Assembly: GCA_965203095.1 (NCBI GenBank)
Contig: OZ241877.1
Coordinates: 416,001 to 480,000, forward strand
Origin: Bdellovibrionales bacterium
GTDB taxonomy: Bacteria; Bdellovibrionota; Bdellovibrionia; Bdellovibrionales; UBA1609
Reading direction: 5' to 3'
Length of the DNA stretch: 64,000 nucleotides
Both the position numbers and the translations under genes were made by a program. Shown here one piece after another: positions 56,841 through 64,000 of the stretch (within the stretch, counting starts at the first letter, position 1; the number at the start of each line of letters is the position of its first letter). Under the pieces are notes generated by a model that ran no database searches, was not told the origin of the DNA, and was given only the letters and a program-made list of their open reading frames with translations.

Positions 56841-59288
56841 ATGGTGGCCTCCACTATTGGGGTTATAGCCATGACGGGCATGGCTAAACATGCGGCTTTG
56901 ATAGCCCAACAGCAAAAACAACTTAATCAGGAAAGGGAGCTGAATGCTTTTTGGGAAAGGTTTGGGACTGAAACTGATTGTAAGGAAACAATAAAAGGCT
57001 GGCTCAATCAGAATACAGCTCCTAACTATCCAGCCCCTACAAGTGCTCAAAAAGCTAAGTTAGCAGAGGGGACTGAAGGCAATGAGATAGAAATCAAAAT
57101 CATAAAGAAGTCAGCCAGCTCTAATCTTTTAGATGTTCATGACACTACAAACATTTTTAGGCGATATGGTTTTACTCCCCGCTTTTTTGTTTTGAGATGT
57201 AATCCAGCAGACAATGGGGGGAGTTGTGATTGTCGGACTTCTGCTCATACCTATTCAGGCGGGGCTTGTAAAAAAACTTGGATGCTTATCCCTGGTGTTC
57301 AAAGGGGAATGACTTTTATTAGAGGAAGGGTTTTGAATTTAGATATTGAGTGGTCGTCTGCTCCTGATAGCACTTATACTAATTTTGATTGCACTAAAAT
57401 AGGAACAACAGGGGGCAAAAACCGCTGTTATAAAGCGGAGGCAACTGGGAGCAGAAGAACCCTTGCTGGATGTGGTAGCACACAATCACTTGGTGGCACA
57501 GGCACAACCGCTTTTGGTAATGATGCGGGCCTGTCGGCTACTATCACGGGGTCTGAAAATAATTTTTTTGGTAAAGGAGTTGGTGGAAGTGCCACAGTGG
57601 CTGGGCACTACAATACTTTTTTAGGATTTGCTGGATATAGGGCCAAAGTGGACGGGACATATAATAATTTTTATGGGAACCAGGCTGGCAGAGAGTCCAC
57701 AGTGGCAGGCGGGCACAATCTTTTTATTGGGTATTATGCAGGGAATAAGGCTACAGTTAGCGGGGATGGCAATCATTTTGTTGGCAGACAAGCTGGCTAT
57801 CAAGCCACTTTGGCCGGGAGTGCCAGTCATTTTTTTGGTAATCAAGCGGGATATAAAACAACGGTGACTTCAGGTTCAAGCAACACTTTTGTTGGCACTA
57901 ATGCTGGCAGAGAAGCCACAATCTCAGCCGGTGGTAATCATTTTTTTGGGGACAATGCTGGGAAAAAAGCCACAGTGAGCGGAGGACAAAATCATTTTAT
58001 TGGTGATCATGCCGGCCAATCCGCTACAGTGGCCGGGGCGAGAAATACCTTCTTAGGGGACAGTGCGGGATGGAATGCGGATATAAGAAGCGGGGCCGAT
58101 GGCAATGTTTTTATTGGGCAGAGTGCGGGAAAAAAAGATCATGGCACAGGCACAGGCGGTTATATATCAGGGGATTTGAATGTCTTTTTAGGGCATGCCG
58201 CCGGCCGGACTGCTAAAGTTTCAGGTGGGTATAATACCTTTTTGGGAGCTGGGGCTGGGGACAAAGCGACTGTCTCAACAAATGCCAACGGCAATACTTT
58301 TTTAGGGCAATATGCGGGGAGCAATCAGTCCTTTTCAAGGAGTGGTGGAACTTATATCCGGGGCAATCAGATCAATCTCAGATCTCCCCGCTCTCAAACA
58401 CATGACGGGATTTTTCTCAATGCAGATAAAAAGATAGAAATCAAAGCTCCCGATGTAAAAATAAAAGCTCAAGGATGGTTATGTCCTGCTGGACAAGTCC
58501 TTAGAGGATTTGACACTTCTGGGAATAAAAATTGTGTGGCCACTGGAGGCACAGGCTGGAAACAAACTTGTTCAGGGGGGCAATACCTAAGAGGTTTTAA
58601 CAGCTCAGGGAATAAGGTTTGTTTTGGAGGGTGTCCAGTCCATCAGAGTTGGAATGGGAGTCAATGTGCGAATCGTTGCCCCACGGGGCAAGCTTGGTCT
58701 GCCACTTGTGGAAATGTATGTATCCCGGTATGTGGGACAGGTCGAATCCGGAACAGGGAATGTGGTAGTTGTAGGGATCTCCGTTGTGGAGATCCAGGAT
58801 ATAACGGACCCTGTGGCCCATCATCCAAAGTTTATAAAAAGAATATTCGTCCCTTTAATGATATGGAAAAGGCTTTGAAGGACATTTTAGAGACTCCCCT
58901 ATTCACTTATTATTTTAAGGATAAAAACAATTTTCCTAAAAAGAAAAGAATGGGAGTGATAGCGGAGGACTTGCCAAAAAACTTACAGCTTAAAGGAAAG
59001 CCTATTGCCCCGGACTGGCCCTCTATCTATGGGACATTGTGGGCCGGGATAAAAGCCCTTCATTCTAAGATAGAAACAAAATTCAAAACTCTCAATTCCA
59101 CAATAGAGGCAAAGTTTAAAGCCCTCAGCAAAACCAACAATGAGTTTAAAAAAGAGTTGGCCAATACTAAACAGGAACTAAAATCAGCCAATGAAAAAAT
59201 AGACAGCCTCTCAAAAGAATTAAAAGAACTAAAGTCCAGCTTTGAGAAAAAAGGACTAAACAAAATAGACAATCAGCCGATAAGATAA
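56841..59288 (+). CDS. Trimeric fibre/adhesin with beta-roll repeats and C-terminal peptidase S74 intramolecular chaperone; true start probably 56570 via the poly-C tract
   Basis: ~15 N-x-F-x-G-x-x-A-G repeats, two C..GQ.LRGF.SSG-type shaft motifs, Cys-rich segment, SSKVYKKNI..MGVIAED..WAGIKAL S74 signature, coiled coil; in-frame upstream NNKG|FSITGVMVA. Confidence 0.85.
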   Translation: MVASTIGVIAMTGMAKHAALIAQQQKQLNQERELNAFWERFGTETDCKETIKGWLNQNTAPNYPAPTSAQKAKLAEGTEGNEIEIKIIKKSASSNLLDVHDTTNIFRRYGFTPRFFVLRCNPADNGGSCDCRTSAHTYSGGACKKTWMLIPGVQRGMTFIRGRVLNLDIEWSSAPDSTYTNFDCTKIGTTGGKNRCYKAEATGSRRTLAGCGSTQSLGGTGTTAFGNDAGLSATITGSENNFFGKGVGGSATVAGHYNTFLGFAGYRAKVDGTYNNFYGNQAGRESTVAGGHNLFIGYYAGNKATVSGDGNHFVGRQAGYQATLAGSASHFFGNQAGYKTTVTSGSSNTFVGTNAGREATISAGGNHFFGDNAGKKATVSGGQNHFIGDHAGQSATVAGARNTFLGDSAGWNADIRSGADGNVFIGQSAGKKDHGTGTGGYISGDLNVFLGHAAGRTAKVSGGYNTFLGAGAGDKATVSTNANGNTFLGQYAGSNQSFSRSGGTYIRGNQINLRSPRSQTHDGIFLNADKKIEIKAPDVKIKAQGWLCPAGQVLRGFDTSGNKNCVATGGTGWKQTCSGGQYLRGFNSSGNKVCFGGCPVHQSWNGSQCANRCPTGQAWSATCGNVCIPVCGTGRIRNRECGSCRDLRCGDPGYNGPCGPSSKVYKKNIRPFNDMEKALKDILETPLFTYYFKDKNNFPKKKRMGVIAEDLPKNLQLKGKPIAPDWPSIYGTLWAGIKALHSKIETKFKTLNSTIEAKFKALSKTNNEFKKELANTKQELKSANEKIDSLSKELKELKSSFEKKGLNKIDNQPIR

Positions 59289-59313
59289 ACAGGAAACCTA
59301 AAACGGAGGGACT

Positions 59314-59868
59314 ATGAAACAAATTATTTTAATCCTTTTATGGATTGCAATCCCAGCTCAGAGCATTGCAATCCCCTTTGATAAAAAAAATTTAAAATAT
59401 AAAAAATCTTTAAAAAAAAGTGATCTCCACTATAAGAAATTAAGAGGTTCACTTCATGATAAGAAACAAACAAAAAAACCAGTTGATCCAACAAAACAAG
59501 CAGAGCTTATTAAGCAAATAAGGAAAGGCAAAAAAGATTTGGCGGGAGCAGACTTGAGAGGGGCAAACTTAGTGAGAACGAACTTACAGAATACAACCTT
59601 GAATTGGGCGGACTTTGAGGGGGCGATCTTAATAAGGGCGAACTTGAGAAGAGCATACATGGAACATGCAAACTTGAGAGGGGCAAAACTGCATGGGGCG
59701 GACTTTGAGGGGGCGATCTTGACAGGGGCGGACTTTAAGGGGGCGATCTTGACAGGGGCAAAATTTAAAGGAACAAACCTAATTTTTGCTTATATAGACT
59801 CAAAATATCGTGACATGATTATGGCCAGCGGAGCATTGAACACAGACAGGATTAACTGGTGGGATTAA
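59314..59868 (+). CDS. Secreted pentapeptide-repeat protein, array copy A
   Basis: Signal peptide, A(D/N)(L/F)xx repeats, shared caps KQAELI and YRDMIM.SGALNTD.INW; GGAGG RBS. Confidence 0.9.
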   Translation: MKQIILILLWIAIPAQSIAIPFDKKNLKYKKSLKKSDLHYKKLRGSLHDKKQTKKPVDPTKQAELIKQIRKGKKDLAGADLRGANLVRTNLQNTTLNWADFEGAILIRANLRRAYMEHANLRGAKLHGADFEGAILTGADFKGAILTGAKFKGTNLIFAYIDSKYRDMIMASGALNTDRINWWD

Positions 59869-59977
59869 GCCTCTAAACCCTCTATTTTTCTCTCTAATCT
59901 TTATCTATATCAAAAGCCTCAGCTATAAAACAAGCTCAGCCCCTTGTGTGAAAAAATTACAATAGACCCTCTAATTC

Positions 59978-60006
59978 TTTACTTTCCCGGACAATCCTGC
60001 TATAAC
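59978..60006 (+). promoter_or_regulatory. Sigma70-type promoter repeated before array copies B-F (leaderless)
   Basis: TTTACT-17 nt-TATAAC with extended -10 TG; 7-8 nt to the ATG; no Shine-Dalgarno; near-identical upstream of 60694, 61298, 61847 and 62442. Confidence 0.7.
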
Positions 60007-60014
60007 CAAACACA

Positions 60015-60548
60015 ATGAAAATACTATTTAGCCTTATCCTTTTAATGAGCTTGCCGGCTTTTTCTGAAAACACGGAGCCAGTTGATCACACAAAACAAGC
60101 AGAATTGATTAACCAAATCAGACAAGGGGAAAAAGACTTGAGATGGGCAGACTTGAGAGGGGCGAACTTGAAAGGGGCGGACTTATCAAAGACAGACTTG
60201 AGATGGGCAGACTTGAGAGGGGCGAACTTGAAAGGGGCGGACTTATCAAAGACAGACTTGAGATGGGCAGACTTGAGATGGGCAGACTTGAGAGGGGCGA
60301 ACTTGAAAGGGGCGGACTTATCAAAGACAGACTTGAGATGGGCAGACTTAAGAAAGGCAGAACTGGAGGGAGCAAGCTTGTCTAGGGCAGACTTAACAAA
60401 TGCAGACTTGAGATGGGCAGGCTTGGAGGGGGCAACCCTGTATAGGGCAGATTTGACAGAGGCTTTTATGAGCTTAACCTATAAATATCGTGACATGATT
60501 ATGCACAGCGGAGCATTGAACACAGACAAGATTAACTGGATGGATTAA
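60015..60548 (+). CDS. Secreted pentapeptide-repeat protein, copy B
   Basis: Signal peptide, LRWADLRGANLKGADLSKTD repeats, shared caps. Confidence 0.92.
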   Translation: MKILFSLILLMSLPAFSENTEPVDHTKQAELINQIRQGEKDLRWADLRGANLKGADLSKTDLRWADLRGANLKGADLSKTDLRWADLRWADLRGANLKGADLSKTDLRWADLRKAELEGASLSRADLTNADLRWAGLEGATLYRADLTEAFMSLTYKYRDMIMHSGALNTDKINWMD

Positions 60549-60693
60549 GCCTCAGACCCCTCTGTTTTTCTCTCTAATCTTTATCTATATCAAAAGCCTC
60601 AGCTATAAAACAAGCTCAGCCCCTTGTGTGAAAAAATTACAATAGACCCTCTAATTCTTTACTTTCCCGGACAATCCTGCTATAACAAACACA

Positions 60694-61152
60694 ATGAAAA
60701 TACTATTTAGCCTTATCCTTTTAATGAGCTTGCCGGCTTTTTCTGAAAACACGGAGCCAGTTGATCACACAAAACAAGCAGAATTGATTAACCAAATCAG
60801 ACAAGGGGAAAAAGACTTGAGATGGGCAGACTTGAGAGGGGCGAACTTGAAAGGGGCGGACTTATCAAAGACAGACTTGAGATGGGCAGACTTGAGAGGG
60901 GCGAACTTGAAAGGGGCGGACTTATCAAAGACAGACTTGAGATGGGCAGACTTAAGAAAGGCAGAACTGGAGGGAGCAAGCTTGTCTAGGGCAGACTTAA
61001 CAAATGCAGACTTGAGATGGGCAGGCTTGGAGGGGGCAACCCTGTATAGGGCAGATTTGACAGAGGCTTTTATGAGCTTAACCTATAAATATCGTGACAT
61101 GATTATGCACAGCGGAGCATTGAACACAGACAAGATTAACTGGATGGATTAA
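60694..61152 (+). CDS. Secreted pentapeptide-repeat protein, copy C
   Basis: Same protein as copy B minus 25 aa of repeat. Confidence 0.92.
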   Translation: MKILFSLILLMSLPAFSENTEPVDHTKQAELINQIRQGEKDLRWADLRGANLKGADLSKTDLRWADLRGANLKGADLSKTDLRWADLRKAELEGASLSRADLTNADLRWAGLEGATLYRADLTEAFMSLTYKYRDMIMHSGALNTDKINWMD

Positions 61153-61297
61153 GCCTCAGACCCCTCTATTTTTCTCTCTAATCTCTATCAATATCAAAGC
61201 CCTCAGCTATAAAACAAGCTCTACCCTTTGTGTGAAAAAATTACAATAGACCCTCTAATTCTTTACTTTCCCGGACAATCCTGCTATAAGACAACCA

Positions 61298-61765
61298 ATG
61301 AAAATACTATTAAGCATTATCCTTTTAATGAACCAGACGGCTTTTTCTGAAAACCCGGAGACAGTTGATCCCACAAAACAAGCAGAATTGATTGAACAAA
61401 TCAGGCAAGGGAAAAAAGACTTAACAGAGGCAAACTTGCAAAAAGCAAACTTGTATAAGGCAGACCTGACATTTGCAAACTTGACAAGGGCAGACTTAAC
61501 AGAGGGATTTTTGATAGGGGGATTTTTGATAGGGGCAAATTTGATAGAGACAAACCTGCAAATGGCTAACCTTGCGGGGGCAAAGTTGATGGGGGCAGAC
61601 TTGACAAAGGCAAACTTGACAAGAGCAATCTTGTATAAAGCAACCTTGACAGGGGCAGACTTTAAAGAGGCTAACTTATTGTATGCTTATATAGACTCAA
61701 AATATCGTGACATGATTATGGACAGCGGAGCATTGAACACAGACAAGATTAACTGGATGGATTAA
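61298..61765 (+). CDS. Secreted pentapeptide-repeat protein, copy D
   Basis: Same caps, divergent repeat core. Confidence 0.92.
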   Translation: MKILLSIILLMNQTAFSENPETVDPTKQAELIEQIRQGKKDLTEANLQKANLYKADLTFANLTRADLTEGFLIGGFLIGANLIETNLQMANLAGAKLMGADLTKANLTRAILYKATLTGADFKEANLLYAYIDSKYRDMIMDSGALNTDKINWMD

Positions 61766-61846
61766 GCTTTTGCCCTTTTTGTGAAAAATTTACAAAAGAC
61801 TCTCTAATTCTTTACTTTCCCGGACAATCCTGCTATAAGACAACCA

Positions 61847-62305
61847 ATGAAAATACTATTAAGCATTATCCTTTTAATGAGCTTGCCGGCTTTTTCTGAA
61901 AACACGGAGCCAGTTGATCACACAAAACAAGCAGAATTGATTAACCAAATCAGACAAGGGGAAAAAGACTTGAGATGGGCAGACTTGAGAGGGGCGAACT
62001 TGAAAGGGGCGGACTTATCAAAGACAGACTTGAGATGGGCAGACTTGAGAGGGGCGAACTTGAAAGGGGCGGACTTATCAAAGACAGACTTGAGATGGGC
62101 AGACTTAAGAAAGGCAGAACTGGAGGGAGCAAGCTTGTCTAGGGCAGACTTACAAACGGCGGACTTGAGATGGGCAGGCTTGGAGGGGGCAACCCTGTAT
62201 AGGGCAGATTTGACAGAGGCTTTTATGAGCTTAACCTATAAATATCGTGACATGATTATGCACAGCGGAGCATTGAACACAGACAAGATTAACTGGAGGG
62301 ATTAA
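61847..62305 (+). CDS. Secreted pentapeptide-repeat protein, copy E
   Basis: D-like 5' end, C-like body. Confidence 0.92.
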   Translation: MKILLSIILLMSLPAFSENTEPVDHTKQAELINQIRQGEKDLRWADLRGANLKGADLSKTDLRWADLRGANLKGADLSKTDLRWADLRKAELEGASLSRADLQTADLRWAGLEGATLYRADLTEAFMSLTYKYRDMIMHSGALNTDKINWRD

Positions 62306-62441
62306 GCCTCTAAACCCTCTATTTTTCTCTCTAATCTTTATCTATATCAAAAGCCTCAGCTATAAAACAAGCTCTGCCCTTTGTGTGAAAAATTTACAAT
62401 AGACTTTACTTTCCCGGACAATTCTGCTATACCCCTACACA

Positions 62442-63215
62442 ATGAACCTACTATTAAGCCTTATTCTTTTAATGAGCTTGCCGGCTTTTGCTAACTGCCG
62501 GAATGTTTTTGAGCCTGATTTAGAACCCGATAAAAAACAGGTAGAGCTGATTAAAAAAATCAGACAAGGGAAAAAAAACTTGGCAAGGGCGAACTTGAGA
62601 GAGGCGAAATTGGCGGGAGCGGACTTGATATTGGCAAAATTGACAGGGGCAGACTTGAGAAAGGCAGACTTGTCAGAGGCGAAATTGTCAGGGGCGAAAT
62701 TGGAGAGGGCGATCTTGCAAGGGGCGAACTTAGAAAGGGCGAACTTGACAAGGGCAGACTTGGGAAGGGCAGACTTGTATAGGGCAGACTTGTATAGGGC
62801 AGACTTGAGAGGGGCATTCTTGATAGGGGCAGACTTGAGAAGAGCAATCCTGACAGAGGCAAACTTGAGAGGAGCAGACTTGAGAAGAGCAATCCTGACA
62901 GAGGCAAACTTGAGAGGAGCAGACTTGATAGGGGCAGACTTGAGAAGAGCAATCCTGACAGAGGCAAACTTGATAGGAGCAGACTTGAGAAGAGCAATCC
63001 TGACAGAGGCAAACTTGATAGGAGCAGACTTGAGAAGAGCAATCCTGACAGAGGCAAACTTGAGAGGAGCAGACTTGAGAGGAGCTATCATAGACGAACA
63101 TTATCGTGACATGATTATGAACAGCGGAGCATTGAACATAGGCTTGATTAACTGGGTGGATAAGAAAAAGAAAGACTTGGAAGGGGCAGACATGAGAATA
63201 CCAATTAGGCCCTAA
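62442..63215 (+). CDS. Secreted pentapeptide-repeat protein, copy F (longest)
   Basis: Signal peptide, five LRRAILTEAN units, YRDMIMNSGALN cap. Confidence 0.92.
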   Translation: MNLLLSLILLMSLPAFANCRNVFEPDLEPDKKQVELIKKIRQGKKNLARANLREAKLAGADLILAKLTGADLRKADLSEAKLSGAKLERAILQGANLERANLTRADLGRADLYRADLYRADLRGAFLIGADLRRAILTEANLRGADLRRAILTEANLRGADLIGADLRRAILTEANLIGADLRRAILTEANLIGADLRRAILTEANLRGADLRGAIIDEHYRDMIMNSGALNIGLINWVDKKKKDLEGADMRIPIRP

Positions 63216-63277
63216 ACCCCTCTATATTTTCTCTCTAATCTCTATCAATATCCAAAGCCCTCAGCTATCAAATAACC

Positions 63278-63376
63278 CTCTATTCTGGCTGATATTGAGC
63301 AGTTTCAAAAAAAACTTATGAAAATCTAAAGCTTGCATCACTCTATTCTGGCTGATATTGAGCAGTTTCAAAAAAA
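63278..63376. repeat. 36-bp direct repeat pair CTCTATTCTGGCTGATATTGAGCAGTTTCAAAAAAA
   Basis: Copies at 63278-63313 and 63341-63376, 27 nt apart. Confidence 0.85.
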
Positions 63377-63553
63377 GCTTGACTTTCCCTGTTAATGTCC
63401 ATATAGTGGATGAGGGTATAAACTAAACCTTAAGGATTATAAATATGTCTGAAACATTGAACCCGGCCACACCGGCACAAATAGAAAGGGATGATAGTAA
63501 GGCTAAAGGGATAAGTAAGGGATTGAGGCTTAAAATTATGATTGGGGCTTGTC

Positions 63554-64000
63554 ATGCGTTGTTATCTTTCCCTGTTGGAATCTATTTTAAAAGAAGGGGC
63601 TGATCGCCCGGACCGCACAGGCACTGGCACACGAAGCCTCTTTGGCCAGCAGATGAAGTTTGATTTGAGTAAAGGCTTCCCCTTAGTGACAACCAAAAAA
63701 GTTCATTTAAAATCGGTAATTTATGAGCTTTTGTGGTTTTTAAAAGGGGATACCAATGTCAAATACCTACAAAAAAATAAAGTGAGAATTTGGAATGAGT
63801 GGGCCGACAAAAACGGCAGTTTAGGCCGAATTTACGGGGCACAATGGAGGAGCTGGAAGTCTCATAGCGGGAAAACTGTAGATCAAATATCCCAACTGGT
63901 GAAAAATATCAAATCAGATCCCTTTTCCCGAAGGCATTTGGTGGTGGCTTACAACCCCGGTGAACTGGAGGAGATGGCCCTTCCCCCCTGCCATGCTTTC
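63554..64000 (+). CDS. thyA: Thymidylate synthase, 3' truncated by window end; not in ORF track
   Basis: Hand translation [66 protein letters not shown]. Confidence 0.97.
   Translation, partial: MRCYLSLLESILKEGADRPDRTGTGTRSLFGQQMKFDLSKGFPLVTTKKVHLKSVIYELLWFLKGDTNVKYLQKNKVRIWNEWADKNGSLGRIYGAQWRSWKSHSGKTVDQISQLVKNIKSDPFSRRHLVVAYNPGELEEMALPPCHAF

Noticed and set aside
56841..59288. Prophage remnant suggested by the tail-fibre chaperone domain
   Set aside because: No integrase, capsid, terminase or tail genes nearby; the N-terminus is a cellular export signal
59869..62441. Array spacers as CRISPR repeats or integron attC sites
   Set aside because: Spacers are promoter-bearing, lack the attC inverted core-site structure, flank paralogous genes only, and no integrase or cas gene is present
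62493..62513. Shared C-x-x-x-F motif (NCRNVF in copy F; VCHRAF near the C-terminus of the 19279 gene) as a possible sorting signal
   Set aside because: Two short instances cannot be distinguished from chance within this window
59454..63101. Antisense and alternate-frame ORFs over the pentapeptide genes (SSLP/QVCS/MGRLE repeats)
   Set aside because: Shadows of 15-bp periodic repeats that lack stops in other frames
59314..63215. Qnr-type quinolone resistance or a diversity-generating retroelement
   Set aside because: The proteins have signal peptides and lack Qnr loop features; there is no reverse transcriptase, and differences between copies are not adenine-specific
63278..63376. Possible mini-CRISPR (36-bp repeat, 27-bp spacer)
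   Set aside because: Only two repeats, ending in an A-run, weak palindrome, and no cas genes in the window

Overview
AT-rich bacterial chromosomal window, most consistent with a Bdellovibrionota/Bdellovibrionales genome. That assignment is inferred from the deltaproteobacterial-type gspI-J-K-L-M-N cluster, a TadG-like protein, the Pal/DUF4398/CpoB block and an S74-chaperone fibre. Most of the window is housekeeping: sodC, tsaD, pal, rplM/rpsI, truA, asd, tRNA-Pro, rpmF, acpP, rpiB, recX, ugd, recO, rpsP/khpA/rimM, ribB-type, mfd, nnr, rmuC, ahpC, batABCD, mnmA, mtaB, korA-like, fumC and partial thyA. Several normally contiguous operons are present only as fragments; notably rpmF-acpP-rpiB lacks plsX and all fab genes. 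Intergenic regions carry a modular palindromic repeat family: ~153-bp MITE/REPIN-like copies, a conserved 27-nt core closed by covarying stems, and ATTCCC..GGGAAT REP-like units. The most unusual region is 56.5-63.3 kb. There, an S74-chaperone trimeric fibre gene has a class III (prepilin) N-terminus that is out of frame with the nearest upstream ATG across a C18 homopolymer, a candidate phase-variation switch. It is followed directly by a six-gene tandem array of secreted pentapeptide-repeat proteins; five of the six genes have their own leaderless promoter, and the copies show repeat-number and mosaic variation.
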